Source: Phoronis australis
Lineage: Eukaryota > Animalia > Phoronida
Length of the DNA: 64,000 nucleotides
Assembly (NCBI GenBank): GCA_002633005.1
Contig: NMRA01000009.1
Span: 517,456-581,455, forward strand
Direction of reading: 5' to 3'
Each line of letters starts with the position of its first letter. The stretch's first letter is position 1. This document shows, piece after piece, positions 57,389-64,000 of the stretch. Below the pieces are notes generated by a model. It saw only the letters and a program-made list of their open reading frames with translations, made no database searches and was not told the origin of the DNA. The translations under genes and the position numbers were made by a program.

Positions 57389-60014
57389 ATGGATATTTGG
57401 TTGTGGCATTCTCTGCAAGTAGTGATGATTGTTGTATGCACAGTGCTTTTCATCAAAATGATCCAAAGATGCAGAAGGAAGACATATGAAGTTCCTGCAA
57501 GAGACATAAAAAAAGGTAAGTGCATTAGGTATGTGCACTAGGTACGTATGTGCACTAGATATGTGCACTTGGTATGTGCAAGCGTAAGAATGACTGACCA
57601 GAGTCTTCGCTAACCAGTTCTTCATGGTCACCGTCATTCTCAGGTGAAACGCATGATATCTAAAGTGGTGGTGTCTTCTTGGTTGATACACTTCACAAGC
57701 AGCTGCTGACTGACTAACTCAGTGTAAAACCTGTTGTAGCACAAGAAGTCATTGCTTGTGTTGACTGAAGTATTCCATGCGTCACTGAAAAAGATGATAT
57801 TTACACATATTTAGAGCTGTTGTAACACGGATTCGACTACCGCTGTGGTTCCTAATAGCATTTTGGTATTTTACGTTTGGCTTTGTTTCTTCGGTATTTT
57901 TAGACGGATTTTCATGAAATTTGGCAAATAGCTTTGAGAGACAACAATGCCTTCCCATTTTCGAATGAGTTTAATATATTCTGTGCAGTCTAATGGCCAT
58001 TTTTATGATGCCAATAAAAGCCCCTAGAAGCACACTCTTTGCACTGCATTTCAACGCACTACGTTGCTGTTGTAAATAGTGAAATGTAAATAGTGTTTTA
58101 TAAAAGCATAACCTCGCCTCATATTGGAACACCAACTGTTTTGTTACCTTTGGTGAGCTAGTTGTTTTGATCAGACTTCGCATCATGCGAGTTGGCATCA
58201 CAATCAATGGACATGTGTTTGGAGATGTGAGCGTACACAATATCATTGAAAGTTTCCCTTGATTTTTCATGTTGAGTTTGCAGAGTTTTGTTTGAGAATC
58301 TTAAAATGAGGGTTCTGTGAAGCAAAAGGGAGAAATTAGCAACTTTTCCCAAAGGTATTCATTATGCGAAATGAAAGTCATTTACAATCTTTAATGGGTG
58401 TGGTGTGAAGAAATGACACCCTGTCCGTTGTTCTCAAGAATAGAAATCATTTCTAAACTGAGTAAGGAACAAAATCTGAGAGAATTTATAACAGTAAGTA
58501 GCCGTAATCAACGGATGGTTTTTGACAGTAGGCGGAGGTTTATAACCTCCTTTCATCGTCAAACTTAAAGAGTTTATTGCATATTCTCAGTCTGTGTTAA
58601 CTTGTAGGTCACCTGTGGGTCCACGTGGAGATGTTTTCTAAACCAGCCTATTGCTGTGTTAGTGGCAGCCATATTGTGGAAGGTTACATGTGTGATTGTT
58701 GTGGTGTCTGTGTTGACAGTCACCACATGAAGCAAACTAATAAGAACATTCCATGCAAGACTCTGTCCAAGAAAAATGGTGGCTCTCTCAAGCACCAGTG
58801 GATCAAAGGAAACCTGCCGCTGTGTAGCCGATGTTGCATCTGTCAAGAGACTTGTGGCGTCCTGCCACAGCTCTGTGACTACAGGTGTTGTTGGTGCCAG
58901 CGAGTCGTTCATGAGGCATGTTATGATAGGGTGTCTGCTGACTGTGACCTAGGTCAGTACAGTCACATGGTCGTGCCGCCCAATTGTGTACAGCTCAAGT
59001 TGGTGGGATTGAAAGGTCGTCGTCATCTGATCGTGTCATCAGTGAAAGCTCCCCCTGTTGACAACTGGCAGCCATTGATTGTGATTGCCAACAGGAGGAG
59101 TGGTAACAATGATGGTGTTCACATACTGAGAGAGTTCCGTGCTCTCTTAAATCCACTGCAGGTAAAGAAATAAAACAAGTTTAATGTGAAATTTAATAAC
59201 GTAGTCTGAATGACTCAGTTAAGTCATGAATTGTAATACGTCACTGATGATGTGCTTTAATTATCATAATTTATTTGTTGTACACTCAGCAAAATTTACA
59301 TTTATTATTCGTGGATGATTTCTTTGGGAAGTCGCGAGGATTTGCAAAGGTATATTATGATCCACTCAGTTTTTAATGGTTAAGAGAACAAAGTAACGTT
59401 TGAAACTCTGGTTGGAAAGTAACATTTGAACAACCTGATTGGTTGGAAGAGAAAAAGCCAATCTGACCTTCTGCTTTTTCAATGACGCTTTATGTATTCC
59501 TTATGAATCAGTGTTCTACGACTCGATCAAGATTACAAGATGTAGAGTAAAGCAATGATTTGACATAATTTCTGACCGTGATGATGTGTATATGACAGAT
59601 GTCCAAATTAGGGACCACTTGTTGATTTCTGTGTGTTATGAATGCTCGTAAAGTGTCACTGCTCACTGACAATGGGACTGTGTAAGAGCTTATGCATCAC
59701 TTTGATGACACACTTGCATTAATGTTCCTGTGGTTGAGAATACACTTTATTCTAAGTAGAAAGTGAGGTATGTCTGTCATTAACTGCCTGCAATACATTA
59801 TGTTAAGACCCATGATGTGATTTTGTTCCTAGTGAACATGCACACTTGATGCTTTGTGTATTTTGTACAGGTGATTGATGTGGCTGACATAGAGCCTGAG
59901 AATGGTCTAGAGTGGTGCCATCTATTGTCAGACATCACATGTCGGGTGCTAGTGTGTGGAGGAGATGGTACTGTGGGCTGGGTGTTAGATGCTATTGATA
60001 AACTACAGTTTCAG
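57389..60014 (+). CDS. DGKE: Diacylglycerol kinase epsilon, 5' part (continues beyond window)
   Basis: Exons 57389-57515 (N-terminal hydrophobic helix), 58608-59161 (two C1 domains, HQWIKGNLP, PLIVIANRRSG..DG, LLNPLQV), 59871-60014 (RVLVCGGDGTVGWVLD ATP-binding motif); phases consistent. Confidence 0.93.
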
Positions 60015-60187
60015 GTGAGCGGTATCATCCATTGTACTAGTCCTGCATTGACATGGATGTTTAACTGTGGTTGTTTGTTTAAAACCCAGGAGATTTTCTG
60101 TAGACCTAGTTCCTTACAGGAAAAGCAGCCAAGATCTTGCAAGGCCTCACAAAATACACCAAGTAAAAGGGGAGTGTTTCATGAGTA

Positions 60188-63100
60188 TGGTAAATATTCC
60201 CGAATTTAGGACAGTCTCCCAAATTTTGGACACCTAATTCAAACCCCAAACTGAATTTCGTTGATTCTAAAATTTGGGACACAGTCGAATTTGGCGTTCA
60301 CGATATTTCTCAAATTTCAGACACATCGATTTTAACGGCATTGGCGGTAATTCTCATATTTCGGACAATGCGCTTTTTTGCATGATCGGTGGTTATTTAC
60401 ACATCATTTAAAACTGCCACCGGTGTAATGTATTGACTGATGTCGCAGTCTATAGTTATCAATGTGGATAGTTTGTGTATATCTCGCACGTTTTCTTGGC
60501 AGTCGTAATCACGGACTCAAAATATTTGCCATACTTGATCGCGATTTCACTATGCAAATGAAATGTATGTTTTCCGACTTTCGCGTAATTACCACAGTGT
60601 CACGCTCTGTATTTGGATTAACACCTAATTAATAAGCACCTGTGAATGATGGGACCGTTGTGTTACCAAGTTGAATCCCGGGTTCACGGCTTCAATTTTT
60701 TTCTGTGAACCTGCGGCCAACTTACCTTCCTTTCTGCACCCCGACCTTCGCTATGCCATGCGCCCGAATTGGCGAAACGATATTGTTCAGTGTCAAGTTA
60801 AAACAGAGACATTGTGAAAAGCAAAAATCTATGTCAACTTGTCATGCAATATGCGTTAAAAATGTTCATGTTGTATCACCCTAATAAGTGCCCATGCCCC
60901 TGTAAGCACCCCCACGCGTTTTCAGACTTTGCTAAAATATGCGCCCATCCCATGAACGTGTACATGCGAAAAATGCCTTACCTACAGTTATAAAATTCTA
61001 CAGTAACGTCTTTAATTTATCAATAAGATCCGACAGTCCTGAAAAAATTGTGCACGAAATTTCTAGACCACGAACCTCGCCGCTATTTAGCCGTGACACT
61101 TCAAACTTTCGCCGTGCTTCAAAAAGAACCCAAAAGTTTTGCTGATCTTGCGAGGAATGTGTCCCACAATGGTCTGACCTGTAAGAACAGACGCTGCGTA
61201 CTTAACGAGAGGATTGTATGGTATCTTTCCCGTACATATCTTCTTCCTCAACAGGAATCCAAATTTCTTTGTGCGCGTGAAAACCGCGAATCAAGACTAA
61301 TAAAAAGTTGACCAGTGTTAAAAGCATGTGGCCAGGAAGCGCGCAATACATACATGTACCTGTCATGAAACGGGTAGAATAGCATCGGCAAGAAAGAAAT
61401 ATTGGCACTAATTTCCGAAAGTTTCTAATACCGTAAAAAACATTTGCATTATTTTCAAAAAGGAATTACTTAATTAATCTTAATTGGTGTTTTTGAAGTC
61501 AATATCTGATAAAATCACCCACCGATAGTAAATAGTTCCGCACCCTTACACCCGAATCTCCCAGCTAATAACTGTTAGACTGTCACACATTCAGTCATCC
61601 TGCATCTCAATGATATTTAATATCGGCCTTACCAAGACAATTCTCTGTTTTTTAGCAGGTGAGATCAACAGGTGCTAAATAAAACACGTTCTGTTTTACT
61701 GCTTGTGTTAATTTCTTTAGTTAAAATGTACACCTAGATCATTGCATTGTGTTTACTGAGGCAAATGAACTCTGATGACACGCACGCACTCGCTTGCTCA
61801 AACATAGCATACGCAGACAACTTCAAAACAAACGTCACGTGACAACAACATGTGTGCTCGTCCAGAGATTTTTTCTCGTGTTGCCTGTATGATCTAGCGC
61901 AGTTAATCCCGACTCCACAGGAATTTCTTATTTGCATGTATCTCGTTGGCGGGAACGCTGTTTTGGCGGTCTATTTGAGTGACATGTGATTCATAAGTAT
62001 GTCGCACACGCTTCCCCAGAAACAAACCAAGGGTTACATGTCAGAATAAATATCGATTAAGTAATTAGTACGAATGGATCCATTTTAAATTGCCCAGAAT
62101 TTGTGCATATGTACTTTTAAATCATGGTGTGAAACTTGTTGACATGTATTTTAACGTCAAAATCTATTTTTAGATGGTGTTTACTACTTTGGGTCTGGGG
62201 TCAAAGCACTCTTGATTCCAGAAATTTCTGAGGGCAAATCGTAACAACCATTGATATGATTGGATAAGATCATGTGGTTTTTATTATCCAATCACTAAAT
62301 AAGTAGAATGTTATATTATGGGCTGAAATTAACAGGATATTCAGATGAGCTATAGTAGTTGAAGCTAAAAGACTTGCTACAGTGTACAATAGAGCCATCG
62401 CATGGAAGATTCCAAAGAGGATCTTGGCAAGGGCACGAGTAAACGAACAGGAAGTTAACTAAGAGCTTGTCACTTGCATCGTGGGTACTAAGATACTGCC
62501 TATACGTGTTGCGTAACGAGGGACCGTGACCAGCGAGAAGAATCGTAGGTGGAAGATACTGCCTGCAAGTGTTGCGTCCCGAGAGGCTGTGACCAGCAAG
62601 TACACTGTTGTAATACAGTGTATGTAGTTCGAAGATTCACCAACAAGACTATCATCCAACAAGTGGAGAGTCCTACAGCTTGGATAGCAGATAAGACATT
62701 TGATTATTTTGGTTGATTGATTGATGTAAGCTCTACAAAAGGCGCTAGCATAGTTACTCTTCTTTGTGGTTGATTACTTAAATTAATAACAGGTTTCACT
62801 TGTTTAATTAGTGGTTTTCATATAATAAATTAATTAATGGATTTAATCATTCTCTTTCCATTTCCACACAACCTCAAAGCATAGCTGCCTTTTATACAAA
62901 CCCACAGTCAATTTTTGACACATATACTGCAGTCACGTCGTCTGTGTTTGGTTTGCGAACAGTGAAGACGTTGAGCACCAATGGATATTGCGAATAATCA
63001 GTCAAGTTGGGTTACACGACAAACATATATAAAAATATTTCCTATCACAAATTTTGGTAAGTCGATTGTGTTCAGAGTCAGTAACATGGCTGTTTATGTT

Positions 63101-63359
63101 TTTGAGGATATTGTGTGAATTTCTTGTCAGCAATAACAATCACAAATCTACACGGCTGTTCAAATGGTCTAAAACCGCAAATTGAAACATTGTCGGCAGA
63201 CGACTGTATAAATTCTAAGATTTCGGACACTGTCAATTTTGTTGTCTTTCTCATATTTCTCGAATTTCGGACGGCCAATATTGCCTATTTCTAAAATTTC
63301 AGACAGGTTCAAACTAAAATTTTATTTTTTCGCTGTCCTAAATTTGTGAATTTTTACCG
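60188..63359. mobile_element. TA-flanked non-autonomous element in DGKE intron with subterminal AATTT(C/T)GGACA repeats
   Basis: TIR TGGTAAATATTCCCGAATTTAGGACAG vs rc CGGTAAAAATTCACAAATTTAGGACAG; internal blocks shared with 31945-32085 and 33530-33960. Confidence 0.6.
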
Positions 63360-64000
63360 TATGCTTGGAATGGTAGTTTTAGTGGGGTCTCACTGAAAGG
63401 GTCACCAGTTTGAAAACCCAGTGTTTCTGACTGGTGATGTATTATCTATAGTGTCGTTCACACTGCAATTGAACCTGGAACGAGTTGTTGTTAGGTTAAG
63501 TAGCAGTGTGAACGCTATTTGTGTTTGGGCAACGTGACACACATGTACTCCACCTTGTCGAGGTTGGCTAACTTGTTAGAATAACTTTGCCTGGTGCAAG
63601 TCATAGTGTGAACACACTATAACTTGCCCTGGTACAAGTCATAGTGTGGACACACACCTGCAGACAAGGCGGAAGTGGCTCCAGCTGTACACATTCCCAG
63701 TTCCACACATCTTGTGCGATATTTGCCTCTAGGTGTTGAGTGTGTAGTGTGAACGCTCAGTTAGAAAGGGCAAATTATTCTAGGGTAATTCGTAGTGTGG
63801 CCATGACTTAGGAGAAATGACCACACACACAGGTGGTTATTTGTGTTAATTTTTATGATTTTTATACAATCTCCAGAAGGTTTTACCTGTGCTCAGTATG
63901 GATTTTGGTGAAAACAAATTGTACCTTTTTAAAAGTAGTATATAATTTAAAAAAATCATTTAATGTTGTTTTATTTCTATAAAGTATAACTCTGTTTATT

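Overview
AT-rich, intron-rich animal DNA, most likely from an invertebrate. I reconstructed four spliced protein-coding genes by hand from GT/AG boundaries and phase matching. (1) RPN2/ribophorin II, minus strand, 16 exons from ATG at 19066 down to 1596; the last ~45 aa lie off the left edge. (2) SDR42E1, plus strand, 9 coding exons, 26887-41086, 395 aa. (3) A secreted coiled-coil protein with two discoidin (F5/8C) domains, minus strand, 7 exons, 44952-51273, 426 aa. (4) The 5' part of DGKE, plus strand, from 57389 off the right edge. The main hidden signal is that RPN2 introns carry at least 8 sense-strand snoRNAs: two near-identical U17/snR30 copies, two H/ACA guides for the 18S Psi1347-equivalent (plus a decayed third), a SNORD33 homolog, and three more H/ACA RNAs whose pockets match conserved rRNA. 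rRNA targets were matched from memory of conserved rRNA sequence, not by search. The window also holds three TTAA-flanked, THAP-bearing Kolobok-type transposon derivatives (two with fold-back/double-left-end structure, one ~245 bp upstream of the RPN2 ATG), MITEs with 6-bp target duplications, Helentron-like elements with internal ~150-bp arrays, and many minisatellites that explain the long spurious ORFs.
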